A stretch of 51,535 nt of DNA from a virus (lineage: Duplodnaviria > Caudoviricetes). Positions 8,231 through 18,061 of the stretch are shown here, piece by piece (the first letter of the stretch is position 1; the number at the start of each line of letters is the position of its first letter). The stretch lies in IMG/VR virus record IMGVR_UViG_3300021411_000008, positions 1-51,535 of that record; one strand, 5' to 3'. A model generated the notes under the pieces. That model was not told the origin of the DNA and ran no database searches. It saw only the letters and a program-made list of their open reading frames with translations. The position numbers and the translations under genes are program-made.

Positions 8231-10117
8231 CTATCCTGTTCCAAGTCTGCGTGTTCGATTATAAAAAATCCGGTTGTATTTGTTATATACTACCGTGGTG
8301 CTGATTAAATCAGTCTCTGTTGCTTCGAGTTTATACTCTCCCGGCACTGCAACCATTACTACATCATGCACACGGAACGTTCGCAATAACTGCGCATCAA
8401 ATCCTGTGTACGAATATGTTCCAATCCCGGCTGGTACCTTCGTGCCGAGCTTTAAATTAGCATTTTGCCCATTCCATGAGTATGAACCTGCTACTGATAC
8501 TAGACCATACCCCCGTCTGAACGTCGCGGCTTGTCCAGCAACTGCATAGCTTCCGGCGGCTCCAACGAGCTTATGACCGTTTCTTAATGCTGCTGCCTGC
8601 CCCGTTACGGCATACGTTCCAATCCCAGCTCCGAGCTTCCTGCCATACTTTAACCCTGCAGCGGTGCCTGCTACGCCATAAACTCCTACTCCTGCGACTA
8701 GCCGATGTGCTTTTCTCAGAACCGCTGTCTGGCCTGCTACCGCATATGTACCTAATCCTGCTCCAAGTTTTCTATTAAACTTCAACCCGGCTGGCTGATA
8801 TGTGAATGTATACGTACCACTTGCAGCAACAGTTTTCGAAATTTTCCTTAGTGCCGCCGCGGTTCCTGTTACCGTATATGCTCCCGCTGCTGCTACAAGT
8901 ACCTTCGCTGAAGGAGAATAAATAAGATTAGCCGCACTACCAGCAACAGCATAACTTCCCACCGCTGCCGTAATTTTCCTATTCGCCCTAAGTACCGCTG
9001 CCGTACCTGAGATCGAATATGTTCCAGTTGTTGCTACAGCTTTCCACGTCTTCTTGAGCGCCGCCGTTGCACCTGTATATGTATACGCTCCTACTCCACC
9101 TGTTAATGTATAACCCTTTTTTAATGCCGCAGCCGTTCCCGCTACTGCATAACTCCCAGCCGCTGCGATCAGTTTCCGTATCGCTCTGAGAGTTGCAACT
9201 TGGCCACTAACACTATATGTACCAACCGCCGCACCGACCTTATACCCACGCTTCAGTCCCGCTGCCGAACCTGCATACGTATACGCTCCAACGCCCGCAG
9301 CTAACTTATGGGCCCACTTCAACCCCGCCGTTTGTCCGGCTACAGCATATGATCCCGGCGCCGCTACCAGTGTATACGCCACTGGTCCTGAAGGGAGCGT
9401 CTTCAACTCAAGGAAATAACTGCCGCCGTATGTTCCGCTATTGTTATTAGTAAATCTCGCATCATCAAGTTCAATAGCTGACCAGTTCCATGCCATATGG
9501 AAAAACCGACCATCAGCTGACAAAGTACCTGAAGTATCACTTAACTCCGTTAATCCCGTCCCCGGAGTTTGCGTCACCGCCGCTGCTTGGTTACGACAGT
9601 TGATTAAAACTATCGCATGTTCGTTATCCAGCGCCTCACTTTTATTAGCTATATGAGTCGTCAGCGGTGTAATACCGTTAAATGCTTCAACACCTATTTG
9701 TAGAATAGCACCTTTACCGTTATCAGCAGGATCAGCGGCGCATGTAAACTCTGCCATGCTCCATCTGCAACCATCATGATTCGCAGCAAAAGTGATAGTA
9801 ATTGCACCAGTTCCCGGCGCAGCATCGCAGGCATACCAAAGGCTTGAACTTCCCCATGTAGCTTCCATGGGACCGCTGACGAGCTTTGTAAACGTCAACC
9901 CTGCACCGCTAATACCGGTCGGTTCAGCTGCCGAACCACCAACATGCGCAACAACGATCAGCACTAACGCATTATCCGCAGGACTTACACTCGCCGTTGC
10001 GTAGCTAGTAGTAACCGTATTACTCACACCTTGCGTAAGAAAATTCGCAGTCGCAGCAATCTTATCACGAGCAGTTGTGCCCGTTGTATTTGCTAGCTGA
10101 TAGCGATTAATCCGCAT
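8231..10117 (-). CDS. Fibre-like virion protein with ~15-16 tandem 22-aa repeats
   Basis: Repeat G-x-Y-x-x-x-G-x-x-A-x-L-K/R across aa ~255-600, preceded by a globular N-terminal domain. Confidence 0.65.
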   Translation of the reverse strand: MRINRYQLANTTGTTARDKIAATANFLTQGVSNTVTTSYATASVSPADNALVLIVVAHVGGSAAEPTGISGAGLTFTKLVSGPMEATWGSSSLWYACDAAPGTGAITITFAANHDGCRWSMAEFTCAADPADNGKGAILQIGVEAFNGITPLTTHIANKSEALDNEHAIVLINCRNQAAAVTQTPGTGLTELSDTSGTLSADGRFFHMAWNWSAIELDDARFTNNNSGTYGGSYFLELKTLPSGPVAYTLVAAPGSYAVAGQTAGLKWAHKLAAGVGAYTYAGSAAGLKRGYKVGAAVGTYSVSGQVATLRAIRKLIAAAGSYAVAGTAAALKKGYTLTGGVGAYTYTGATAALKKTWKAVATTGTYSISGTAAVLRANRKITAAVGSYAVAGSAANLIYSPSAKVLVAAAGAYTVTGTAAALRKISKTVAASGTYTFTYQPAGLKFNRKLGAGLGTYAVAGQTAVLRKAHRLVAGVGVYGVAGTAAGLKYGRKLGAGIGTYAVTGQAAALRNGHKLVGAAGSYAVAGQAATFRRGYGLVSVAGSYSWNGQNANLKLGTKVPAGIGTYSYTGFDAQLLRTFRVHDVVMVAVPGEYKLEATETDLISTTVVYNKYNRIFYNRTRRLGTG

Positions 10118-10572
10118 TAATCAACGCTCCAAATCTCGAACGCGAATCCACCAAACGCATTGTTAGCCGTGGTATCGTTCGGACCGCCGTATTTGATACC
10201 CGTACTCGCAATAAGTGTCTCCACCGCATACGCAGCATCCCAGTTCAAATTTGCTGCCGGAGTCAATCCAGTCACTAAGAAACTCGCCTCGCAAGCTACC
10301 ATAGCTGTCGCCACAGCCGTGTTCCCTAGCCCCAACATCGGCGCTTGTCTACCCTTTACCGTACTGCCTTCCAATACTCCCAACAGCACTGACGGAAACG
10401 TCGTCGCGCCATGGTATACACATGCCAATCGTACGAGCACGTTACCACTAGCTGGAACTGTGAAATTCAGCCGCAGATTCGTAGTATCAATCGCCGTCAT
10501 GGCCAAAGCGGAAGTAGTAACTTTCGTTACTGCCACCGCCGGATCGTATAACTTCCCAGCTAGAAGAGCCAT
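10117..10572 (-). CDS. Beta-rich virion protein
   Basis: 151 aa, translationally coupled to its neighbours. Confidence 0.5.
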   Translation of the reverse strand: MALLAGKLYDPAVAVTKVTTSALAMTAIDTTNLRLNFTVPASGNVLVRLACVYHGATTFPSVLLGVLEGSTVKGRQAPMLGLGNTAVATAMVACEASFLVTGLTPAANLNWDAAYAVETLIASTGIKYGGPNDTTANNAFGGFAFEIWSVD

Positions 10573-10998
10573 TTATGTCACCGTGAACCAGCTTGCACCA
10601 AAGTCAACTGTGAAAGTTTCTGTGTCCAGCACCGTGATGCTCGAGCCGTAATCATACCAGCCAATCAGCGGCTTGACAGGCGACGCCTGAGTATCATTGT
10701 ACGCAACAGCATACCTAAACGGGCCAATACTACCTCCCGCTGCTGTCCACACAATATCCACGGCCGTAACCGTAGCAACACCGCCAGATTCGGTCATACC
10801 GTTCTGAGTATCGACACCACCGGCAACGTACCCATTACCGGCTGAAATCTCCACCACATCGGCTTTGACAACATGCGTAGCCGCATTAGGCGCGGTGTTC
10901 GTAAGCATCATTTTCACGACATTCCCCGCCGCCGTCAAGTCATGCTTGCCGGTGCAAAGGTCTTCCACGAATTGATTGTACTTGTTCCAAGTTGCCAT
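10573..10998 (-). CDS. Conserved small phage structural protein
   Basis: 141 aa; GNGYVAGG, WTAAGGSIGPFRYAV and LIGWYDYGSSIT are recurrent phage structural motifs. Confidence 0.6.
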   Translation of the reverse strand: MATWNKYNQFVEDLCTGKHDLTAAGNVVKMMLTNTAPNAATHVVKADVVEISAGNGYVAGGVDTQNGMTESGGVATVTAVDIVWTAAGGSIGPFRYAVAYNDTQASPVKPLIGWYDYGSSITVLDTETFTVDFGASWFTVT

Positions 10999-11002
10999 GG
11001 TA

Positions 11003-11452
11003 TTATCTCCTACCCATGTTCATAAGTTCCGCCAAACTTGGCATCGCGCCGGGAGCTTGGCCCATGTTGCCCATATTATCCGGCGCGGCACCGCCTGCTC
11101 CTTGTCCGAGCATAGCTGCCATTCCCGGCAACATCATTAACATCTGCATTGGATCGCCACCACCACCGGCACCAAGTCCTGCCGCATTCGGCTTATACGG
11201 AGCGGGTTGCGCTACTCTCGGCGCTGCCATCTGCGGCGGCTGGGCTGTCTGCCCCATGCCTCCCATGCCCTTCGTAAAATCCGCACCAACTTGCTTGAGC
11301 TTCGTAGCCCATTCAGGCGGTGGCGGCGGCGCACTCATTGCTGGTGTTTGCGGTGCCATAACTGCTCCGGGCGCGCCAGCTTCCGAACCGGGTGGAAGCA
11401 CCCCGCCTTGTGTTGGCATACCTTGCAGCATCTGCATAAGTTGTTCCCACAT
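11003..11452 (-). CDS. Low-complexity M/G/P/Q-rich virion (ejection-associated) protein
   Basis: 149 aa, in the operon next to the pilot/ejection gene. Confidence 0.5.
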   Translation of the reverse strand: MWEQLMQMLQGMPTQGGVLPPGSEAGAPGAVMAPQTPAMSAPPPPPEWATKLKQVGADFTKGMGGMGQTAQPPQMAAPRVAQPAPYKPNAAGLGAGGGGDPMQMLMMLPGMAAMLGQGAGGAAPDNMGNMGQAPGAMPSLAELMNMGRR

Positions 11453-11455
11453 AGC

Positions 11456-12811
11456 TTAAATCTCCGGTATAAATGCGTAGGCGACTTTCTGGAATCCGGT
11501 CGCATCGCGCATAACACACTCTGGATAAAGCTCTTCTACTTCATCCGCCATATATCCTGTCTGCTTATGTCCGAGCAGATTATACTCGTACAAATTCAAC
11601 CCATTTGCCATAACGCCGAGGAATTTAATATCTGTCTTCATCCGGCGATCGGAGAAGCCAAATAGCGACAGAAGCGCCGGAAGCGCACTTACCGCTCCGA
11701 GACCCATTTGCAACGCTCCGGGTCCTCCTCCGGTTGTTTCGCCTTCGCTCTTTGTGCTTCCTCCCGGCATTCCAAAAGCCATTGCAGCCACTTCTTGCGC
11801 TGCGGTGAAAGGAATGTTTTGCTCTGCCATGAATCGATTGACTTGTTCACTAAGCTGGGCTTGTTGTTCGGCACGTTGCTGCGCTCCTACTGCTGAGACC
11901 ATCTCGGCTGGTTTCGACATGCTGGCAATGATATCTGGAGACATACCAAGTCCGCTCATCATATTAGCCAAGCCGGTCTGCTGTTGTCCGGTCGAAGCAA
12001 TCTGATTTTGCGCTCCGCCTAACAACCCCTGAATGCCCGTACCAAACATGCTCTGCATTAATTGGTTGGAACCAAGCTGAGCCTGCAAGTTTTGTCCCTG
12101 TTGCGTATTAGCCGCACCGAGACCTCCGAGCATGGCATTGAGGCCTTGTCCGTAACCCTCGCTTGCAATCTTCGCAGTAGTATCGCCTGACGCCTGTGAA
12201 AGACCTCTGGACGCGAGTCCTTCTGCGATACCCTGACGAGAACCGCCGTAGCCACCGGCTGTAATCGCACTTCCAGCGATACCCGGCATAATCTGTTCAG
12301 CATATTGTTGCTCCAACGGTCGGACCGCAGCTTCCATATACGACTGCAAATGAGGATTGCTCGAGGCATTCAGAATATCGGGGTTTAACAACGTATCCAG
12401 CGCTGGCTGAGTTTGCGCATTTCCCGAAGCCATCATGCTACCAAGCTGCTGCGATCCGGCTGCTCCACCGGAGAACATGCCCATAATCGTCTGCATCAAC
12501 GCCGCTTGCTGTTGTGCGCTATTCTGTCCAATCTGCCCTACATTCGCACCCTGCGCGCCCTGAATATTTGCCATCTGCTGAGGCAAACCAGACGTAAATG
12601 CGTTTGCGGAATTTCCCGCAGTCAGCATCATTTCCTGAGCCTGCCGCTCTGCATCGGTCTGAGGCGCAATCGTGCTCCCCGGATACAACTGAGGCGGGTT
12701 CTTTAGGTAATCTGTTGCGATAGGAATAACAGGCTCGAGCAATTTTCTTTGCTCAGGGCTTAATTCCTGCGTTGTTGTTTGAGTGGTATGACCACCGCCG
12801 CCGCCGCCCAT
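11456..12811 (-). CDS. Pilot/ejection protein with a C-terminal peptidase S74-like (intramolecular chaperone) domain
   Basis: N-terminal MGGGGGG-TTQTTTQ, Gln/Gly-rich body, C-terminal FSDRRMKTDI...GYMADEVEELYPECV. Confidence 0.7.
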   Translation of the reverse strand: MGGGGGGHTTQTTTQELSPEQRKLLEPVIPIATDYLKNPPQLYPGSTIAPQTDAERQAQEMMLTAGNSANAFTSGLPQQMANIQGAQGANVGQIGQNSAQQQAALMQTIMGMFSGGAAGSQQLGSMMASGNAQTQPALDTLLNPDILNASSNPHLQSYMEAAVRPLEQQYAEQIMPGIAGSAITAGGYGGSRQGIAEGLASRGLSQASGDTTAKIASEGYGQGLNAMLGGLGAANTQQGQNLQAQLGSNQLMQSMFGTGIQGLLGGAQNQIASTGQQQTGLANMMSGLGMSPDIIASMSKPAEMVSAVGAQQRAEQQAQLSEQVNRFMAEQNIPFTAAQEVAAMAFGMPGGSTKSEGETTGGGPGALQMGLGAVSALPALLSLFGFSDRRMKTDIKFLGVMANGLNLYEYNLLGHKQTGYMADEVEELYPECVMRDATGFQKVAYAFIPEI

Positions 12812-12812
12812 A

Positions 12813-13235
12813 TCAATTCTCCTCGAACCGTTTAACTAGATAAACTGCTCTCTTTTTGTATCCAAACGGAGTAAGTAGTTTCCACCACCCATCCCGCGCA
12901 ACTATATCAATGCCGATACATTTATATTTCTTTGCATATTCAACTATAGCTGCATGTGCATATGCAACATTCCGCCAACCTTTTCCGCCGCAATATATAA
13001 ACCGAAGAATATTTGCTTGCGGATATACATCAATAGTTGTAATAGCGCAGACAGAAATTTCACCGTTAACACCGACCCATAGCTGCATCGAACCGTCGAT
13101 ACAAGCAAACTTGATATCATCCAAAGTATAGTAATCGGACAAATACTTTTCGCCCTTTAGCAATAGCGGCGTGACTTGATACCAGACATCTTCGATCAAG
13201 CTATTCGCAACTATTGTTACAGGAATATCACTCAC
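12813..13235 (-). CDS. GNAT-fold-like tail assembly protein
   Basis: GTG start overlaps the upstream TGA. GSMQLWV...IYCGG...RDGWWKLL is typical of the gene preceding ejection proteins in podophages. Confidence 0.55.
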   Translation of the reverse strand: MSDIPVTIVANSLIEDVWYQVTPLLLKGEKYLSDYYTLDDIKFACIDGSMQLWVGVNGEISVCAITTIDVYPQANILRFIYCGGKGWRNVAYAHAAIVEYAKKYKCIGIDIVARDGWWKLLTPFGYKKRAVYLVKRFEEN

Positions 13236-14554
13236 GGGAACCTCGCATCCAAAATCACATTTCCAACTCCCCAACCCGCTCCAGTTGCTGTAATAGTTGC
13301 TATTGTCTGCACATTACTTATTACTGCCCCATTATTACCAGCGGCACTAGCATTAGAATAAGAAAAACCAGATATTGTTACAAGAGGTGCTATTCGCATT
13401 GGAGGCGCTAAAGCTATTTGCCCATAAATTGCGCCACCAGCACCATTATAACCAGATATAATATGACTCTGAACTCTATAATATCTTTGGCAACGTCTTA
13501 ATTCTTCGAGATAATCAACTTTCCTGTAAGGAGGGAATTTTCCTGATCCATCATAATCGACATGAACTCCCCAATTATAAACCCTGAACACATTGCTTGT
13601 ACTTGCAAATCCGTTTGACTGTCCGGGAGCGCCAAACAAAGCTGACGCCCCTGTTACCCATACAGCATCAGCCGAATGTATATTATTCGCCGAACATGCA
13701 AGCGTCACTCCCATTTCAAATAACGCACCTGTACCGTTATAATTAGCCCACGTTCCGATATTAGGAACAGGGATAATAAACTCCTGTAATACTTCTGTAT
13801 TTGCTTGACCGGCAGAAATTGTAAAAGATTTTAGATAGTTACGAGTAGGTGTTCCTACATCGCGAATCCAGAGGCTGTAAGTTCCCGCAGGCATTTGGCA
13901 CATAAATCTAACAAGCATCCTCCGTTCTTTGCCTGAAACTCCCCATTGAAGCCCCTCAAACCGAATAGCTTCATACTTCTGCATCGGAGCCATTAGATAT
14001 TGATCATTAGCTGTTAGCGCCGCTTGAGCAGTAGTAATAGTAATTTTAGCACAATTTTCCGGAATTAAACTTTCAAGAACACATGAAGCTGCGCCACCAC
14101 CAACAGTATTCTTATAAATAAACCACTGATCTGCAAAATACGAGCCGCTAGTTGTGACAGCGGCAAAAGCTTGATTCATATAAAAATGCCCATTTACTGC
14201 CAAATTATCATTAAGTGCATTCTGCGAAATCGCATCAATATTTTGCCTTGCTTGGAGTTTTTCAGCAGTAGAAAAACCTTGCACAACATCAGCGCGAACA
14301 GCCTTATTTAGTTCTAATGTCAACTGTACTGCATCTACATCCACATCATTCAACAACGTTTGAATAAACGTACTAAATCCGAGCGTCGTCAACGCCGCCG
14401 AGGCTGATAGATCATCCAGCACCGTCTTCATAAAATCACTCACATCATAGTGATTTGCCTTCAATAACCCAGCCAATTTCTGATACTCGCGTTGAACATA
14501 ATTGCCCAACACTTGATCAACATTCATCGGACCGGGATCAGGCTGGTAGAGCAC
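13232..14554 (-). CDS. Tail fibre / receptor-binding protein
   Basis: N-terminal anchor, AEKLQARQNI repeat, LAVNGHF...ADQW domain, EELRRCQRYY motif; visibly AT-richer body. Confidence 0.7.
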   Translation of the reverse strand: MLYQPDPGPMNVDQVLGNYVQREYQKLAGLLKANHYDVSDFMKTVLDDLSASAALTTLGFSTFIQTLLNDVDVDAVQLTLELNKAVRADVVQGFSTAEKLQARQNIDAISQNALNDNLAVNGHFYMNQAFAAVTTSGSYFADQWFIYKNTVGGGAASCVLESLIPENCAKITITTAQAALTANDQYLMAPMQKYEAIRFEGLQWGVSGKERRMLVRFMCQMPAGTYSLWIRDVGTPTRNYLKSFTISAGQANTEVLQEFIIPVPNIGTWANYNGTGALFEMGVTLACSANNIHSADAVWVTGASALFGAPGQSNGFASTSNVFRVYNWGVHVDYDGSGKFPPYRKVDYLEELRRCQRYYRVQSHIISGYNGAGGAIYGQIALAPPMRIAPLVTISGFSYSNASAAGNNGAVISNVQTIATITATGAGWGVGNVILDARFP

Positions 14555-16140
14555 TATATTTCTCCCAATATTTCGACGGTCAAATCATATCCGTTTAGTT
14601 TATTATCGGCGCTGGTAAACTCAAATCTCACTGCCAACAACAACCCATTCGCTGTAAAATCCAAATATCTATCCACTCCTGGAGTAAACGTTTGAAAAGG
14701 TTCCCAATCCACCGGCTGATCCATATCCTCATGTGAGCCGACTTTGATCTGACACGGTCCGCCCGACATTCGCGGCCAAATCCGTGTCCCAATCTTTCGC
14801 GATGAAAAGTCTGCTTTCGGATTACCATCAGGTGTTAATCCAGCAAACGGAATATCTGTCCGCTCAATATATGCGATATAGTCCACCCCGAGCACTTGAT
14901 TAGTCGCATCAATTTGATAGATCGTGCTTGTTCCAAAATCTGCTCCCGGCGACGCGATCAGCGCGTCTAGCTGGTTAACACGGAACTGAAGCAAATCCCA
15001 CGGTGTCGAATCTCCATCCCAAACTGCCGGGTCCAAGTCCCACGGATCACTAGTCGTATCACCAGCGCCGGGACTTGCCGCACTCGCAGCCTGCATCGGC
15101 CGCAGCGTTACCGTATTCTCCACCCAATTCCACACGATAGCCATATTACAAAATTCGCTATCCACCATCGGGAAGCAAAACCAAGCCTCATTATTTCTTT
15201 CCAACGAATACACAAACGCGCGCGAGGCAACACCGGGATCGATATTATCCGCCAACCACGATTTCATTCGCTTATCGAGCACACTTTGCGTATTCTGTCC
15301 ATCAAACACTATCAAGTCGTCAGAAGAAGCAAAGAAATGCTGAGTACCTTTATTAACAGTGCACACGCAATGAGTCCCCAAAACACCAATCCCGCCAAGG
15401 ATTTGATATACTCGGAAAACATCGTTTCCTCCTATAAACTGCATACCCCAGATCGAGTTATCTTTGTATACAACAAAAATATCTCTCAGCGCGAGTCCGT
15501 CTTTAATCCCACCGGCGAATTCATCAGCCGCTTCAACTTGACCCGCGAGCTTCGTTGGGTCCGCAATATCCCAGCTAATAGGCAAGCTTCCCGGATCAGC
15601 TGGATGACTCCACAATACCATCTGTCCATACTTCGCGCCGCTAATCGTCACACTCAGCGCGATCAAAAAATCCTTAAACGGCTTAATAACATCTGCCCGA
15701 TGAGTCGCAGGCCAATTCGGCAGGTCAACCAAATCATTACTCAGTCCGATATTCGTCCACGCTTGTGGGACTTCAACCCCGTTGGTAATTACTGGAATAC
15801 CCTTCAGAATCCCGCCTGTCCATAGACGTTCCCGATTAATCATCGAGTAAGCACCAGCTGCATGGCTCACGTCTGCATGAACCGCACCATCAGTCGCATA
15901 CACTTTCGTCTCATCCGCATATAGCCAATACGCATTCACCGGCGTGTATGTGAACATCAGCCAAAACGGCCGTCCGAGATGACTGGGAAAACGCTGCTGT
16001 GAACCAGCTCTCCTCAACGCTTTCCCGTCCCTGAATTTTATATATGCTCCATCCGTCCAAGCTTGAGCCGGAAGCTCATGTGCCTCCACATCCTTGATAA
16101 TCCCAAGTGCTCCTGCTTCATAAAACGGAATCTTAGGCAT
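14554..16140 (-). CDS. Tail nozzle / packaged-DNA stabilization protein (P22 gp10-like position)
   Basis: 528 aa, beta-propeller-like composition (VLWSHPADP, EAWFCFP, IVWNW); position in the operon. Confidence 0.7.
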   Translation of the reverse strand: MPKIPFYEAGALGIIKDVEAHELPAQAWTDGAYIKFRDGKALRRAGSQQRFPSHLGRPFWLMFTYTPVNAYWLYADETKVYATDGAVHADVSHAAGAYSMINRERLWTGGILKGIPVITNGVEVPQAWTNIGLSNDLVDLPNWPATHRADVIKPFKDFLIALSVTISGAKYGQMVLWSHPADPGSLPISWDIADPTKLAGQVEAADEFAGGIKDGLALRDIFVVYKDNSIWGMQFIGGNDVFRVYQILGGIGVLGTHCVCTVNKGTQHFFASSDDLIVFDGQNTQSVLDKRMKSWLADNIDPGVASRAFVYSLERNNEAWFCFPMVDSEFCNMAIVWNWVENTVTLRPMQAASAASPGAGDTTSDPWDLDPAVWDGDSTPWDLLQFRVNQLDALIASPGADFGTSTIYQIDATNQVLGVDYIAYIERTDIPFAGLTPDGNPKADFSSRKIGTRIWPRMSGGPCQIKVGSHEDMDQPVDWEPFQTFTPGVDRYLDFTANGLLLAVRFEFTSADNKLNGYDLTVEILGEI

Positions 16141-16150
16141 TTTGTTGTCC

Positions 16151-16690
16151 TTAAGCTCTGCTTAGTATTAAACTAGCAACGCCAACCGCGACCATAATAG
16201 CAGTCATTCCAATAGTCATGATTGTTCGTGTAAGTGCATTGCTATCTTTCGAGCCTGCACCAATTCCCTCGTTACGATCGATACGTTCCTTCAAATCGTT
16301 TATTCGCACTTCGAAAGCATTCCTGCTTTCACCGATTTGAACACCAATCGCATCGACTTGCTTGGTGAAACTCGTCTCACTCTTAGTCGTGGCTTCCTTC
16401 GCCGCTGTAAGAGCAATATCCAGCGAACCCTTATCAGCGATACGTGATTGCTCACTACGCTTTTCGAGTTCGTTGAACCGCATATCCACCATCTCTCCGA
16501 GTGACTGCAACTTCGCGAAAATCACTCCCGGAGTTGGTTGGCTGTTGGCAAACTCTTGCAAACGTACAACAGCCTTATCGTTTTCCTCCATTCTCGCGAA
16601 GATCAACTCTTTCAGACCAGCGATAGCTTGTACTAACTGTTCGCTGGTCCGAGGAGAAGGATCGAGAGGGGCTACCTCACGGTCAACCAT
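16151..16690 (-). CDS. Coiled-coil protein with a C-terminal transmembrane helix (lysis region)
   Basis: Heptad-rich body, C-terminal IMTIGMTAIMVAVGVASLIL. Confidence 0.55.
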   Translation of the reverse strand: MVDREVAPLDPSPRTSEQLVQAIAGLKELIFARMEENDKAVVRLQEFANSQPTPGVIFAKLQSLGEMVDMRFNELEKRSEQSRIADKGSLDIALTAAKEATTKSETSFTKQVDAIGVQIGESRNAFEVRINDLKERIDRNEGIGAGSKDSNALTRTIMTIGMTAIMVAVGVASLILSRA

Positions 16691-16691
16691 T

Positions 16692-17093
16692 TCATTCACC
16701 AATCGGCTTATTAGTCACAAGCCGCCCGTAAAGCGCGTAAGCCGCACCCGCGAGTGACACGCCTTGCATGACAATATTCGTCAAGCTTTCTGCATCAATC
16801 GTGCCGGTTTTAATACCGAGCATCGAAGCGATCTGGAACGCGCCGGTAAACAACGTACCCCAGATAACCCGAGACTGATACCACGGCTCTTTGTTCTCGA
16901 GGTTTTTGATTGTCGCATCAACCTCTTTCTGAGCCACCTCGACTTCGTCGGTAACGGAATTGATAACATCAGACGATACTTTCGTAACGTCCTTTTTATC
17001 CAACGAAATCTGCGGAGCTTTCGCCGCCGCATCGAGCGGCTTCTTTACCGCACTCGCGACATTGATCAAGTCCAAGATATTAATTGAAGACAT
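16692..17093 (-). CDS. Holin-like membrane protein
   Basis: KEPWYQSRVIWG followed by two hydrophobic helices and a basic tail; near the endolysin. Confidence 0.55.
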   Translation of the reverse strand: MSSINILDLINVASAVKKPLDAAAKAPQISLDKKDVTKVSSDVINSVTDEVEVAQKEVDATIKNLENKEPWYQSRVIWGTLFTGAFQIASMLGIKTGTIDAESLTNIVMQGVSLAGAAYALYGRLVTNKPIGE

Positions 17094-17094
17094 C

Positions 17095-17439
17095 TCAGGC
17101 TCCTTTCGACGCTTTAATTGCGGCCGTAATAACCGCATACGCGCGTCCTATAGACACCAACGCCGAAGCTGCATTTGCTTCATTAGGATTTTGGCAAATC
17201 TCCCAAACTCCCGCATAAGCAGCGTTGACGTTACGCACCAGATTTGCATTGACTTTAATCGAACCGGACTCAACGATATCTTTGAAAGTATTGAACCCTG
17301 TTGTAGCCAATGAGCATGCACGCGGCAATTGCGAATGAATAGCCGCATCGATTTTCGTTGTATCGAAACTGGTCTGACAGGCTGTGTTCCCCATCGTGAT
17401 CAGCGCCGCGAAAATCACCATTCCAATATATTTCAACAT
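17095..17439 (-). CDS. Lipoprotein, possible spanin
   Basis: Signal peptide MLKYIGMVIFAALITMGNTA-C with lipobox-like Cys; lysis cluster. Confidence 0.55.
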   Translation of the reverse strand: MLKYIGMVIFAALITMGNTACQTSFDTTKIDAAIHSQLPRACSLATTGFNTFKDIVESGSIKVNANLVRNVNAAYAGVWEICQNPNEANAASALVSIGRAYAVITAAIKASKGA

Positions 17440-17472
17440 GTGAGTCTCCTTTTGACTTTCTACTATAATGAA

Positions 17473-17508
17473 CCCCAGAGAGGCGAGAGTCAGTTATCCT
17501 CTCTGGGG
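17473..17508 (-). terminator. Hairpin, probable terminator or processing site
   Basis: CCCCAGAGAGG / CCTCTCTGGGG 11-bp stem followed on the minus strand by TTCATTAT. Confidence 0.55.
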
Positions 17509-17540
17509 CCTTCTAACTCGCGCAATCGGCAAAGCGCGGG

Positions 17541-18023
17541 TTATTTCTTCTTAGCTTCATCAGCCGCATGCGCGCGAGCAGAAGGCATTGACCGCTGATA
17601 GTCCGTAAAGCCCTTCGCATCTGCGCGTTTTGCTTCGCGATCTGCAGCTTCCTTCTCAGCGTCCACATCCTGCTGCGTGCGAGCATTGTTCTTCACCGCA
17701 TCGTTTGCCGCCTGCTGGCTGACCAGAGGCTTGTACGGATCGGCCGGAACAGGCTCGTCTTCTGCGGGAGGCGGGAGGTTAATGCCGGACACGAGTCCAG
17801 CTTCTGGCTCACCCGCCTGTGGCGATACTTCTTGCGTGATAACCTGCGAATAAATCGATCCCGGTTCACCCGGAGCAGGCTGTCCAGCGTCGCGATCCTT
17901 CAAAACTTCATCCGCATTCGGCGCCGTTTTGACTTCCGGCAGCGGAGGAACTGGATCAGGCGTTGTTCCTGTAGCCGGAGTCATTCCCGTTACAGGATTT
18001 ACCTTATCTTTTTCGTCAGTCAT
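17541..18023 (-). CDS. Pro/acidic low-complexity hypothetical protein
   Basis: 160 aa, RBS GGAG, in operon. Confidence 0.6.
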   Translation of the reverse strand: MTDEKDKVNPVTGMTPATGTTPDPVPPLPEVKTAPNADEVLKDRDAGQPAPGEPGSIYSQVITQEVSPQAGEPEAGLVSGINLPPPAEDEPVPADPYKPLVSQQAANDAVKNNARTQQDVDAEKEAADREAKRADAKGFTDYQRSMPSARAHAADEAKKK

Positions 18024-18061
18024 ATTCGTAGTTCTCCATTGAACCGAGAGCGATTACCAAA

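Noticed and set aside
17461-17470. Recurrent ATTATAG next to hairpins or RBSs (17462, 21573, 35928, 41499) as a phage late promoter
   Set aside because: Too short and AT-rich to distinguish from chance or terminator tails without TSS data.
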